Origin: Burkholderiales bacterium
GTDB lineage: Bacteria; Pseudomonadota; Gammaproteobacteria; Burkholderiales; SG8-39
DNA: 54,067 nucleotides
Direction of reading: 5' to 3'
Assembly: GCA_035317085.1 (NCBI GenBank)
Contig: DATHHS010000154.1
Coordinates: 1-54,067, forward strand
The translations under genes were made by a program, and so were the position numbers. Shown here piece after piece: positions 14,868 to 24,679 of the stretch (its first letter is position 1; every line of letters starts with the position of its first letter). Under the pieces are notes generated by a model. It saw only the letters and a program-made list of their open reading frames with translations. It was not told the origin of the DNA and made no database searches.

Positions 14868-16108
14868 ATTTTTTTTCGTATCGGGACGGCACGCTGTGCG
14901 CGGAGCAAGTTCCGCTGGCGACAATCGCAGCACAGTTCGGTACGCCTTGCTACGTCTACTCTCGCGCGGCGCTGGAATCCGCATATCGCGAGTTCGAGCA
15001 AGCCTGTGTCGGGCGTGACGTTCTGATCTGCTACGCCGTCAAAGCCAATTCAAATCTCGCCTTCCTCAACCTGCTCGCGCGCTGGGGCTCCGGGTTCGAT
15101 ATCGTGTCGGGAGGAGAGCTCGCACGCGTGCTTGCCGCTGGGGGCGTCGCCGCGAAGATCGTTTTTTCCGGCGTCGGCAAAAGCGAAGCGGAGATGCGGG
15201 CGGCGCTTCAGGCCGGCATTCTCTGTTTCAACGTCGAATCCGAGGGTGAGCTGGAGCGGCTCGCACGAATTGCTTCCGATCTCGGCAAAGTGGCGCCGGT
15301 GTCCTTGCGTGTCAATCCCGACGTCGATCCGCGCACGCACCCTTATATCGCCACTGGTCTGCGCGAGAGCAAGTTCGGCGTTGCGTACGAGGATGCCCCG
15401 CGACTCTACCGTAAAGCGGCGTCCCTGCAGGCGCTACGTGTTATCGGCATAGATTTTCACATTGGTTCGCAGATCACCGAGATCGAACCCTTCGTTGCCG
15501 CGCTCGACAAAGTCCTCGAATTCGTCGACATGCTGGACGCGAGCGGAAGTCCTCTGCAGCACATCGACCTGGGTGGCGGGCTCGGTATCCGTTATCGGGA
15601 CGAGGAACCCCCCGCGGTAAAAGACTACCTCGCTTCGCTTTTCAAACGCATCGGCCGGCGCAAGTTGAAGATACTGTTCGAACCGGGGCGATCGCTGGTG
15701 GGCAATACCGGGCTCTTGCTCACCCGGATCGAGTACCTCAAACACAGCACGACCAAAAATTTTGCCGTAACGGACGCTGGCATGAATGATCTGTTGCGTC
15801 CTGCCTTATACGAGGCATGGCACGAGGTTCTGCCGGTCGAGAAGCATACTGGGCGAGCACAATCCTACGATATCGTCGGGCCTGTCTGTGAATCCGCGGA
15901 CTTTTTCGCGCACGACCGGACATTGACGCTTTCCCCCGGCGATCTCCTGGCCGTCATGTCGGCGGGGGCCTATGCCATGAGCATGAGCTCGAACTACAAC
16001 TCGAGACCGCGGCCCGCCGAAGTGATGGTCGATGGGAAAGCGATCCATCTCGTGCGGGAGCGAGAATCGACAGAAGGTCTTTTTGCGTCCGAGCGTCTTT
16101 TGCCGTAA
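14864..16108 (+). CDS. lysA: Diaminopimelate decarboxylase
   Basis: CYAVKANSN contains the PLP lysine. DLGGGLGIRY and VGPVCESADFF are also present. Confidence 0.95.
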   Translation: MNFFSYRDGTLCAEQVPLATIAAQFGTPCYVYSRAALESAYREFEQACVGRDVLICYAVKANSNLAFLNLLARWGSGFDIVSGGELARVLAAGGVAAKIVFSGVGKSEAEMRAALQAGILCFNVESEGELERLARIASDLGKVAPVSLRVNPDVDPRTHPYIATGLRESKFGVAYEDAPRLYRKAASLQALRVIGIDFHIGSQITEIEPFVAALDKVLEFVDMLDASGSPLQHIDLGGGLGIRYRDEEPPAVKDYLASLFKRIGRRKLKILFEPGRSLVGNTGLLLTRIEYLKHSTTKNFAVTDAGMNDLLRPALYEAWHEVLPVEKHTGRAQSYDIVGPVCESADFFAHDRTLTLSPGDLLAVMSAGAYAMSMSSNYNSRPRPAEVMVDGKAIHLVRERESTEGLFASERLLP

Positions 16109-16180
16109 ATTTAGTGGTTTGTCGAATGGAGTTCGCGGGCCGTTCCAACTTGGAATACTCGACCTCCCCGAATCGTTAGC

Positions 16181-17347
16181 GTGTCCATGGATTTATCCCA
16201 TCAGCCGCAGGCTTCACTGAGGACCGGCCAAAAACGGCTGTTCTTGTTTGGTGGCGTCGGTCTGCTTATCGTCGCCGTGGTGTTGTTCACCTATTTTGGC
16301 ACCGAGATCCGCGCCAACGAACCCAAAGCATCCAAAGCTGCGCCGCTGGTCCCAGTTACGGTAGTGCCGGCCGCAGTGCGATCCGTCCCCTTTCGCCTGC
16401 AAGCCATTGGCAATGTCGAGGCCTTGTCCACGGTAAGCGTCAAGGCGCGCGTGGATGGGCAAATTCTCGAAGTCAACTTCAAGGAAGGCGAGGAAATCAA
16501 GAAAGGCAGCGTGCTGTTCAAGATCGATCCGCGGCCTTACGAAGCGGCGCTGCGCCAGGCCGAGGCGACCAATGCGCGCGACGTCGCGGCGAGGGATCAG
16601 GCCCAGGCTCAGGAGCGCCGCTACAAGGATCTGCTGGAGAAGAATTTCGTTTCCAAAGACGCCTACGCCCAGTTCCGCACCAACGCCGATACCGCGGCGG
16701 CCGTGGCCGATGCCAGCAAAGCGGCCGTGGACAGCGCCAGACTCAACCTTGAATATTGCACTATCCGTACGCCGATAGATGGCTACTCCGGAAAAATCCA
16801 GATCCAGCTGGGCAATCTGGTCAAGGCCAGTGACCCCAATCCGCTGGTTGTGCTCAACCAGGTGCACCCGATCTACGTCAGCTTTGCCGTTCCCGAGCAG
16901 ACCTTGCCGGCGATCCGCAGCTATATGTCGGCTGGCCCGCTCACGGTCGATGCCAGCCCACCGAACTCGACCAAAACTGGCGCCTCAGGCCGGCTGATAT
17001 TCGTCGACAACGCGGTCGATTCCACCACCGGTACCATCAAACTGCGCGGGCAATTCGCCAACAAGGAAAACGCGCTCTGGCCGGGCCAGTTCGTCAACGT
17101 CAGCATTAAGCTCTATGATCAACGCGACGCGGTGGTGATTCCGTCGCAGGCGATCCAGAACGGACCTGATGGTGAATACGTGTTCGTGGTGAAGCCCGAC
17201 ATGACCGTCGAAGCGCGCAAGATCAAATCGGACCGTACCGAGGGCGACAGCGTCATCATCGCCTCTGGACTGAAAAGCGGCGAGCAGGTGGTCACCCGCG
17301 GGCAGTTGAAGCTCACCTCGGGCGCCAGGGTAAAACCGGAATCCTAG
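16181..17347 (+). CDS. RND efflux periplasmic adaptor (MdtA-like membrane fusion protein)
   Basis: It has an N-terminal TM anchor and a lipoyl/alpha-hairpin/beta-barrel pattern (VKARVDGQILEVNFKEG, CTIRTPIDGYSG). It lies directly upstream of the RND permease. Confidence 0.9.
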   Translation: MSMDLSHQPQASLRTGQKRLFLFGGVGLLIVAVVLFTYFGTEIRANEPKASKAAPLVPVTVVPAAVRSVPFRLQAIGNVEALSTVSVKARVDGQILEVNFKEGEEIKKGSVLFKIDPRPYEAALRQAEATNARDVAARDQAQAQERRYKDLLEKNFVSKDAYAQFRTNADTAAAVADASKAAVDSARLNLEYCTIRTPIDGYSGKIQIQLGNLVKASDPNPLVVLNQVHPIYVSFAVPEQTLPAIRSYMSAGPLTVDASPPNSTKTGASGRLIFVDNAVDSTTGTIKLRGQFANKENALWPGQFVNVSIKLYDQRDAVVIPSQAIQNGPDGEYVFVVKPDMTVEARKIKSDRTEGDSVIIASGLKSGEQVVTRGQLKLTSGARVKPES

Positions 17348-17357
17348 GCCGACAGTC

Positions 17358-20300
17358 GTGAACCTGTCGGAGCTCTTTGTCCGCCGTCCGGTCATGACCG
17401 TGCTGGTCATGGCGGGCATCCTGATTTTCGGCATCGCCGGCTACCGGCAGCTTCCTGTCTCGTCGCTGCCCAGCGTAGATTTCCCCACCATTCAGGTTTC
17501 AGCCGAACTACCCGGCGCAAATCCGGAAACGATGGCTGCCGCCGTGGCCACGCCCCTGGAGAAGCAGTTCTCCACCATCGCCGGCATCGATTCCATGACC
17601 TCGGTGAGCGCCCAGGGCCTCGCCAGCATCACCATCCAGTTTTCCCTCGACCGCAGCATCGACGCGGCCGCCCAGGACGTGAATTCGGCCATCGCCTTCG
17701 TGGCCAAGCAGCTTCCGCCGACCATGTCCACGCCGCCTTACTTCCGCAAGGTCAATCCCGCGGAAGCTTCGATCTTCCTGCTCGCCCTGACCTCCGACAC
17801 GCTGCCCATCGCCACAGTCGACGAGTACGCCGAAACCTATCTCGCGCAACGCATTTCCACCGTGAGCGGCGTGGCGCAGGTGCAGGTATTCGGCCAGAAC
17901 AAGTACGCCGTGCGGGTGCAGGTCGATCCCAACGCGCTCGCCGCGCGTGGCGTGGGCATCAACGAGGTCCAACAGGCCGTCGCCAATGCCAACGTCAACA
18001 TTCCCACCGGCACCTTGTACGGCAAGGACCGCGCGTTCGCTGTGCAGGCGAGCGGTCAGCTCTTTGACGCCGCCGCCTATCGGCCCATTATCGTGACCTA
18101 CCGCAACGGCTCGCCCGTTCGCCTTGGCGAGCTCGGGCGCGTCATCGACGGCGTGCAAACCGACAAGGTTGCGGCCTGGTTCAACGACAAGCGCGGCGTC
18201 ATCCTCGGCGTGCAGCGCCAGCCCGGCGTGAATACCATCGAAGTGGTCGATGCGATAAGGAAGCTGCTGCCGGCGTTCCGCGCCGAAATACCGGCGAGCC
18301 TGAACGTCGAGGTGTTCTACGACCGGACCAACTCGATACGCGAGTCGGTGCACGACGTGCAGTTCACCCTGCTGCTCTCGCTCGCCCTGGTGGTCATGGT
18401 GATCTTCCTTTTCCTGCGCAATCTCTCGGCGACAGTGATCCCGAGCGTCGCTCTGCCCATCTCCCTCATCGGCACCTTCGCCGTAATGTATCTGTTCGGC
18501 TACAGCGTGGACAACCTGTCGCTGATGGCGCTCACGCTCTCGGTGGGTTTTGTCGTGGACGACGCGATCGTGATGCTGGAGAACATCACGCGCCACATGG
18601 AAATGGGCAAGAGCCCGCTGCAGGCAACGCTGGACGGCTCGAAGGAGATCTCTTTCACCATCCTGTCCATGACTCTTTCGCTCACGGCCGTGTTCATCCC
18701 GGTGCTGTTCATGGCGGGCATACTCGGGCGCCTGCTGCACGAATTCGCGGTCGTCATCATGGCGGCTGTGCTGATCTCGGGCGTCGTATCGCTCACGCTC
18801 ACGCCGATGATGTGCAGCCGCATTCTGAAGACTCACCAGGGCGAAAGCCACGGACGCCTGTTCATGCTGTTCGAGCGCGTCTTCGACGCCGCCAGGGACA
18901 TCTACGGAGCAAGCCTGACCTGGGTGATCGAGCACTCCCGGCTCACGATGGCGGTCTTCGTGGGCATCCTGGTCGCCACCGCCGCGTTGTTCGTGCAAAT
19001 GCCCAAGGGCTTCCTGCCCAGCGACGACAACGGCCAGTTGTTCTGCTTCATCGAAGCGCCGCAGGACGCTTCGTTCGACGCCATGGTCGAGAACGCGCGG
19101 CAAGTGATGGCCATTCTCATAGCCGATCCCAACGTGGCCGCGGCCCAGAGCTCCGTCGGTGGCAATACCGGCAGCCCCTCGCTCAACATCTCCCGCATCA
19201 ACGTCGCGCTCAAGTCCCGCTCGGAACGTAAGCCCGCAGACCAGGTCATCAGGGACCTGCGTCCCAAGCTGGCCAACCTTGTAGGCTTGAAGGTGTTCAT
19301 GCAGAACGTACCGTCGATCCGCATCGGCGGCCAGCTCACCAAGAGCCCCTATCTTTACGTGCTGCAAAGCGCCAGCACCGATGAGCTCTACCGTTGGGCA
19401 CCGCTCCTTGAAGCCAAGTTGAGATCGCTGCCCGGCATCATCGACGTTTCAACCGACCTTCAGATCACCCAGCCTCAGGTCGTGGTCAACATCGATCGCG
19501 AAAAGGCTTCGGCGCTGGGCGTGAGCTCTGGCCAGATCGAGGGAGCGCTCAACAATGCCTATGGCGCGACGCAGGTGTCGACCATCTACACGGCGACCAA
19601 CCAGTACTGGGTCATCCTCGAGCTCGACCCAAAGTATCAGCGCGACCCCTCGGCGCTGTCCATGCTGTACGTGCGTTCCTCCACGGGCGCGCTGGTGCCG
19701 CTCAATGCCCTGGCGCAGATCAGCTACAAGGTCGGTCCGCTGACCGTAAACCACCTCGGTCAGCTTCCCTCCGTGACGTTGTCCTTCGACTTGCTGCCTG
19801 GCGTATCGCTGAGCGAAGCGATCGCCCAGATCAAGAAAGCCTCGGGCGAGATGAAAGTTCCCGAGACGCTGAACACCAGCTTCCAGGGCACGGCTCAGGC
19901 GTTCCAGACTTCGCTGGCAAGCATGGGCATCCTGCTCGTGATGTCCGTCCTCGTGATCTACCTCGTGCTCGGCATCCTGTACGAAAGCTTCATCCACCCT
20001 CTCACCATTCTCTCGGGCCTGCCCACTGCCGCGCTGGGAGCGCTGCTGACCTTGAAGCTCTTCGGCATGGAGCTCAACATGTATGCGTTCGTGGGCATGA
20101 TCATGCTGGTCGGCATCGTCAAGAAAAACGCCATCATGATGATCGACTTCGCCATCGAGGCGCAAAGGAAGGAAGGCAAGGCTCCGGCCGACGCCATCCA
20201 CGAGGCCGGCATCATCCGCTTCCGCCCCATCATGATGACCACTTTCGCCGCCCTCATGGGGACCCTGCCGATCGCGTTTGGCCTGGGCGCCGGCGGAGAA

Positions 20301-20465
20301 GTGCGGCAACCCCTGGGACTGGCAGTGGTGGGCGGCTTGATCGTATCGCAGGTGCTTACGCTCTACATCACGCCCGTGGTCTACATCTACTTCGAGCGCT
20401 TGCAGGATTGGCTATCGCAGCGGCGCGGCCCTCGCCACGTAGTAAGACTGGGCACGGCCGATTGA
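17358..20465 (+). CDS. RND multidrug efflux permease (HAE1, MdtB/MdtC-like), 1035 aa
   Basis: MNLSELFVRRPVMTVLVMAGILIFGIAGYRQLPVSSLPSVDFPTIQVSAELPGANPETMA is a typical AcrB/MdtC N-terminus. The protein has a 12-TM layout. Confidence 0.95.
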   Translation: MNLSELFVRRPVMTVLVMAGILIFGIAGYRQLPVSSLPSVDFPTIQVSAELPGANPETMAAAVATPLEKQFSTIAGIDSMTSVSAQGLASITIQFSLDRSIDAAAQDVNSAIAFVAKQLPPTMSTPPYFRKVNPAEASIFLLALTSDTLPIATVDEYAETYLAQRISTVSGVAQVQVFGQNKYAVRVQVDPNALAARGVGINEVQQAVANANVNIPTGTLYGKDRAFAVQASGQLFDAAAYRPIIVTYRNGSPVRLGELGRVIDGVQTDKVAAWFNDKRGVILGVQRQPGVNTIEVVDAIRKLLPAFRAEIPASLNVEVFYDRTNSIRESVHDVQFTLLLSLALVVMVIFLFLRNLSATVIPSVALPISLIGTFAVMYLFGYSVDNLSLMALTLSVGFVVDDAIVMLENITRHMEMGKSPLQATLDGSKEISFTILSMTLSLTAVFIPVLFMAGILGRLLHEFAVVIMAAVLISGVVSLTLTPMMCSRILKTHQGESHGRLFMLFERVFDAARDIYGASLTWVIEHSRLTMAVFVGILVATAALFVQMPKGFLPSDDNGQLFCFIEAPQDASFDAMVENARQVMAILIADPNVAAAQSSVGGNTGSPSLNISRINVALKSRSERKPADQVIRDLRPKLANLVGLKVFMQNVPSIRIGGQLTKSPYLYVLQSASTDELYRWAPLLEAKLRSLPGIIDVSTDLQITQPQVVVNIDREKASALGVSSGQIEGALNNAYGATQVSTIYTATNQYWVILELDPKYQRDPSALSMLYVRSSTGALVPLNALAQISYKVGPLTVNHLGQLPSVTLSFDLLPGVSLSEAIAQIKKASGEMKVPETLNTSFQGTAQAFQTSLASMGILLVMSVLVIYLVLGILYESFIHPLTILSGLPTAALGALLTLKLFGMELNMYAFVGMIMLVGIVKKNAIMMIDFAIEAQRKEGKAPADAIHEAGIIRFRPIMMTTFAALMGTLPIAFGLGAGGEVRQPLGLAVVGGLIVSQVLTLYITPVVYIYFERLQDWLSQRRGPRHVVRLGTAD

Positions 20466-20497
20466 TTTGGCGAGGGATGATTGATTTGGCGAGGGAT
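20460..20497 (+). repeat. Perfect 19-bp tandem duplication (GATTGATTTGGCGAGGGAT x2)
   Basis: Copy 1 is at 20460-20478 and includes the RND stop codon (20463-20465). Copy 2 is at 20479-20497. Confidence 0.9.
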
Positions 20498-20520
20498 CGC
20501 CAACCGCTATCGCGGGCTCG

Positions 20521-21261
20521 CTACGGGTTTAGCTGTTTGTAGACAACCTCGGCAACCTGGAGCAGTTGCTCCCGTTTGACCTCGCCGGAAAGCGCGTAGC
20601 CGAAATTCCCGTCGACCCAGTAGAACACCGAAACCCGGTCCTCCTGACTGAAGCGGAAGGCGGTGTCGCGCGGCTCTCCTCTCTGTTTTGAAACGTACAG
20701 CGTGAGGCGCTGCCCGCGGGTGTCTTGATACATGAAGTGCGCGACGGGTCCCTGCGGACCGGAGAGCAAGCGGCCGCCCACCAGTTCGTATCCGAGCGGA
20801 GCGAGGTGCGGCGCTTTCAGGGTTGTGCCGAGGCGTTTCGACAGCCATCTCACGAGGTGTTCTTCCTCGTTGGCGGTCACCTCGACGGGATGGCGCACTT
20901 CCGGGGAATAGACAATGTGCGCGGTTGCCGCCTGGCGCGCCAACGACAACGGGATAAACTGCGGTGCGATAAGCGCTCCTCGAATCGTCCAGCCCAGTCC
21001 CATTCCGAGCGCTAATATCGCCGCAGCGGCGGCATAGCCTCGCCATGCATGCGGGCGCACGGCGAGCAGCGCCGCAGGTACGGGCTCGTCAATCACCGGG
21101 TGATACAGCGAGCGCAGCATGGCGTTTTGTTCGGCGTACGCGCGCGACCGCTCTGCATCTTCAGGATGGGCGGCGAGCCAGGCCTCGATCTCGGCCCGCG
21201 CACCCTCGGCAAGCCTGCCATCCACGTAGCCGTGCAATTCGGCTTCCCCGACCGGTTTCAC
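20521..21261 (-). CDS. Anti-sigma factor (single-pass membrane protein)
   Basis: ELHGYVDGRLAEGARAEIEAWLAAHPE is an anti-sigma N-terminal motif. A central TM segment follows. It overlaps the upstream ECF sigma gene by 4 nt. Confidence 0.8.
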   Translation of the reverse strand: MKPVGEAELHGYVDGRLAEGARAEIEAWLAAHPEDAERSRAYAEQNAMLRSLYHPVIDEPVPAALLAVRPHAWRGYAAAAAILALGMGLGWTIRGALIAPQFIPLSLARQAATAHIVYSPEVRHPVEVTANEEEHLVRWLSKRLGTTLKAPHLAPLGYELVGGRLLSGPQGPVAHFMYQDTRGQRLTLYVSKQRGEPRDTAFRFSQEDRVSVFYWVDGNFGYALSGEVKREQLLQVAEVVYKQLNP

Positions 21262-21755
21262 TTCACCACCTTAAGGGGCACTACGACTTGGCCCCCGAGC
21301 AGCTGGCGCATGCGTTCGCGCGCTCGCGACAGCCGTGACATGACCGTGCCTATCGGTATGTCGAGCGCGCGGCCGACCTCCTCGTACGTCAGCTGCTCCA
21401 CTGCGACTAGGAGAACGACTTCACGCTGCTCGGACGAGAGCGAACGCAGCACGCGGTCCACGTCCTCCAGCTCGAGTTGCTCGCCCTGGGTCGCGCGAAC
21501 CGCAACCGTCGGGACTTCTTCCATCGCTTGCTCGACCTCGTAGCGGCGGCGGCGCACTTGATTTACGAACACGTTATGCATGATCGTGAACAGCCACGCC
21601 CTCAGGTCGCTCCCGGGGCGCCAAAGATAGAACTTGTTCCAGGCGCGTTCCAGCGTGTCCTGAACCAGGTCGTCGGCAATATAGCGATCGCCGACGAGCG
21701 CACGCGCGTAGCGCCGCAGCCTGGGTATGTGCTCGATAATGAGGCGACGATCCAT
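21258..21755 (-). CDS. ECF (group IV) RNA polymerase sigma factor
   Basis: Region 2 is DDLVQDTLERAWNKF and region 4 is LTYEEVGRALDIPIGTVMSRLSRARERM. Confidence 0.9.
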   Translation of the reverse strand: MDRRLIIEHIPRLRRYARALVGDRYIADDLVQDTLERAWNKFYLWRPGSDLRAWLFTIMHNVFVNQVRRRRYEVEQAMEEVPTVAVRATQGEQLELEDVDRVLRSLSSEQREVVLLVAVEQLTYEEVGRALDIPIGTVMSRLSRARERMRQLLGGQVVVPLKVVK

Positions 21756-21910
21756 CTGCCGCGCATTCTAGCGCGCCACCGATCCTCCCGGGAGTTCTAC
21801 CTTGCATGGGAACGGCACGCGACAGGTGTGCATCGCGAGCATCCCAGTAGCAAGGAATGCAGACCCTGCGCATTGCCTCCCTTCCAAGAAAAAGCAGTCT
21901 TACGATACAA

Positions 21911-21935
21911 ACGCACAGCTCTGGGGATTTATTCC
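21911..21935 (-). promoter_or_regulatory. Candidate ECF-type promoter (GGAAT-17 nt-CGT)
   Basis: The reverse strand reads cacGGAATaaatccccagagctgtgCGTttg. It lies about 155 nt upstream of the sigma gene. Confidence 0.2.
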
Positions 21936-22098
21936 GTGGATTGCGTCTGACCCGTGGAATTTCCGCCGCGCACTGCCGGTGCAAACACCGATCAACGTCG
22001 CAATTCCGGCGGGTCAGGCGGGATCTGGGTCGGGACTTGCAGGGGCGCCGGCAGCCTTGACCGCCCCGGAAGTCACGCCCGTTCGGCGAGGGTGAAAC

Positions 22099-22731
22099 TC
22101 AGCGCAGTCCGGCGGCGTAATCGGCGACTGCGCGAATTTCGGGATCGCTCAACTTTCCTGCGATCGATTGCATCATCTTGTTCGCGTCGTTCCTGCGCTC
22201 GCCTGAGCGGAAAGCTTTCAGCTGGGCTTCGGTGTACTCGGCATACTGCCCGGCAAGCCGCGGGTACTGCGCCGGCAAGCCGACACCGTTTGCGCCGTGG
22301 CAGGCTGCGCACGCGGGAAGACCCTTGGAGACATCGCCCCCGCGCCAGATTTTTCGGCCGAGGACGAAGGTTTCCTGGTTCTTGGTCGCCCCCGATTTGG
22401 CTTGCTGTGCCGCGTAGTACGCTGCGACGTCGCGCATATCTCCGTCGGATAGGCCGGCGGCCATGCCCCCCATGATCGGGCTGGAACGCTCGGCTTTGTT
22501 TCCGGAAGTCGCTTTGAAATTGGCGAGCTGTTTCTGAAGATATTCCGGAACCTGGCTCGCCAGCTTGGGATTGGCCGGAGTGGGACTGTTACCATCGGCC
22601 CCGTGGCACGCCGCGCAAATCTTGTTGGCGATGCTTTGACCCTTTGCCGGGTCGGCTTTCGCGGCAGGCTCGGCAGCGGCGAGCGAACCAGCGCAGACTG
22701 CAAGACTCAAAAGCGCCAGAGCTCGTTTCAT
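22099..22731 (-). CDS. Dihaem cytochrome c4
   Basis: It has a signal peptide and two CxxCH sites (CAACHGADG and CAACHGANG). The product is 210 aa. The gene is divergent from engB, as is common. Confidence 0.9.
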   Translation of the reverse strand: MKRALALLSLAVCAGSLAAAEPAAKADPAKGQSIANKICAACHGADGNSPTPANPKLASQVPEYLQKQLANFKATSGNKAERSSPIMGGMAAGLSDGDMRDVAAYYAAQQAKSGATKNQETFVLGRKIWRGGDVSKGLPACAACHGANGVGLPAQYPRLAGQYAEYTEAQLKAFRSGERRNDANKMMQSIAGKLSDPEIRAVADYAAGLR

Positions 22732-22782
22732 GCCGTTTTCTCCCTTTGAATCTTCGCCGAAAAGGCTGATATTCTAGCAAAA

Positions 22783-23562
22783 TTGATCCCTTCACCCATG
22801 TCGCTCTTCCGCGGTGCTTTTTTCTTCAAGAGTGTGGCGTCGCTCGACGACGTTCCTGCGAGTACGGGTGAAATCGCCTTTGCCGGTCGATCGAACGCAG
22901 GCAAGTCGAGCGCCATCAATACGCTTACGCGGAGGCGATTGGCGTTCGTGAGCAAGACCCCGGGCCGCACCCAACTCATCAACTACTACTCGCTCGGCGC
23001 AGAGCGATTCATCGTGGATCTTCCCGGCTACGGCTACTCCAAAGTTCCCGACGCGATCCGGGCGCCTTGGGAGAAATTGCTGGGCGGGTATCTTCAAACG
23101 CGAGAGCCCCTGCGTGGCCTGGCCCTGATCATGGACGTGCGGCACCCGCTCACCGATCTCGATCAGCGGATGCTCGATTGGTTTTGCCCCACCGGACGAC
23201 CGGTACATGTGCTGCTCACCAAGGCGGATAAACTGTCGCGGGAAGCTGGGCAGAATATATTGCGCAGAGTCGAGAAGGACATCGCGACGCTCACGCCCAA
23301 TGCATCGGTGCAACTCTTCTCGAGCCTAAAAAAATCAGGCGTCGAGCAGGCCACCGCTGCGTTCCAGAAGTGGCTGGATCCGAGTGTTCCGGCACGTCTC
23401 GGATCGAGCCAGGCGGAAGGGACCCCCGATGAAATCAGGAGTCCAGAAAATAAAACCCCCGGGCCTAAAGGGGAAATCAGCCCGGGGCAAAATGCCTTAA
23501 GGTTTAAGGCAGCCCGCTCAGGGAGGAGAAGCGGGAGGCGACCAAAGCCGCCTACAGCATAA
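22783..23562 (+). CDS. engB: Ribosome biogenesis GTPase EngB/YihA with a C-terminal tail of about 60 aa
   Basis: EIAFAGRSNAGKSSAINTL is G1, DLPGYGY is G3 and TKADKL is G4. The tail from 23380 is Pro/Gly/Arg-rich. Confidence 0.85.
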   Translation: MIPSPMSLFRGAFFFKSVASLDDVPASTGEIAFAGRSNAGKSSAINTLTRRRLAFVSKTPGRTQLINYYSLGAERFIVDLPGYGYSKVPDAIRAPWEKLLGGYLQTREPLRGLALIMDVRHPLTDLDQRMLDWFCPTGRPVHVLLTKADKLSREAGQNILRRVEKDIATLTPNASVQLFSSLKKSGVEQATAAFQKWLDPSVPARLGSSQAEGTPDEIRSPENKTPGPKGEISPGQNALRFKAARSGRRSGRRPKPPTA

Positions 23563-23629
23563 GAGTGGCTGGGCGTCGGAAAGGTTCCCGCAGACGATCG
23601 TTCTAGAAATAAGAGACTGATCTGTCTAG

Positions 23630-24652
<1,023 letters not shown>

Positions 24653-24679
24653 AAATTCTGGTGGCGGGCGAATCCAGGG

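Noticed and set aside
17508-19367. A 619-aa minus-strand ORF inside the RND permease gene.
   Set aside because: It is a shadow ORF opposite a canonical AcrB/MdtC-type sequence. It is low-complexity and rich in Arg, Gly, His and Asp.
21802-22095. ORFs of 67-97 aa in the sigma-cytochrome c4 gap.
   Set aside because: They are Arg/Pro/Gly-rich, overlap each other in different frames, and have no SD or motifs. I treat the region as non-coding.
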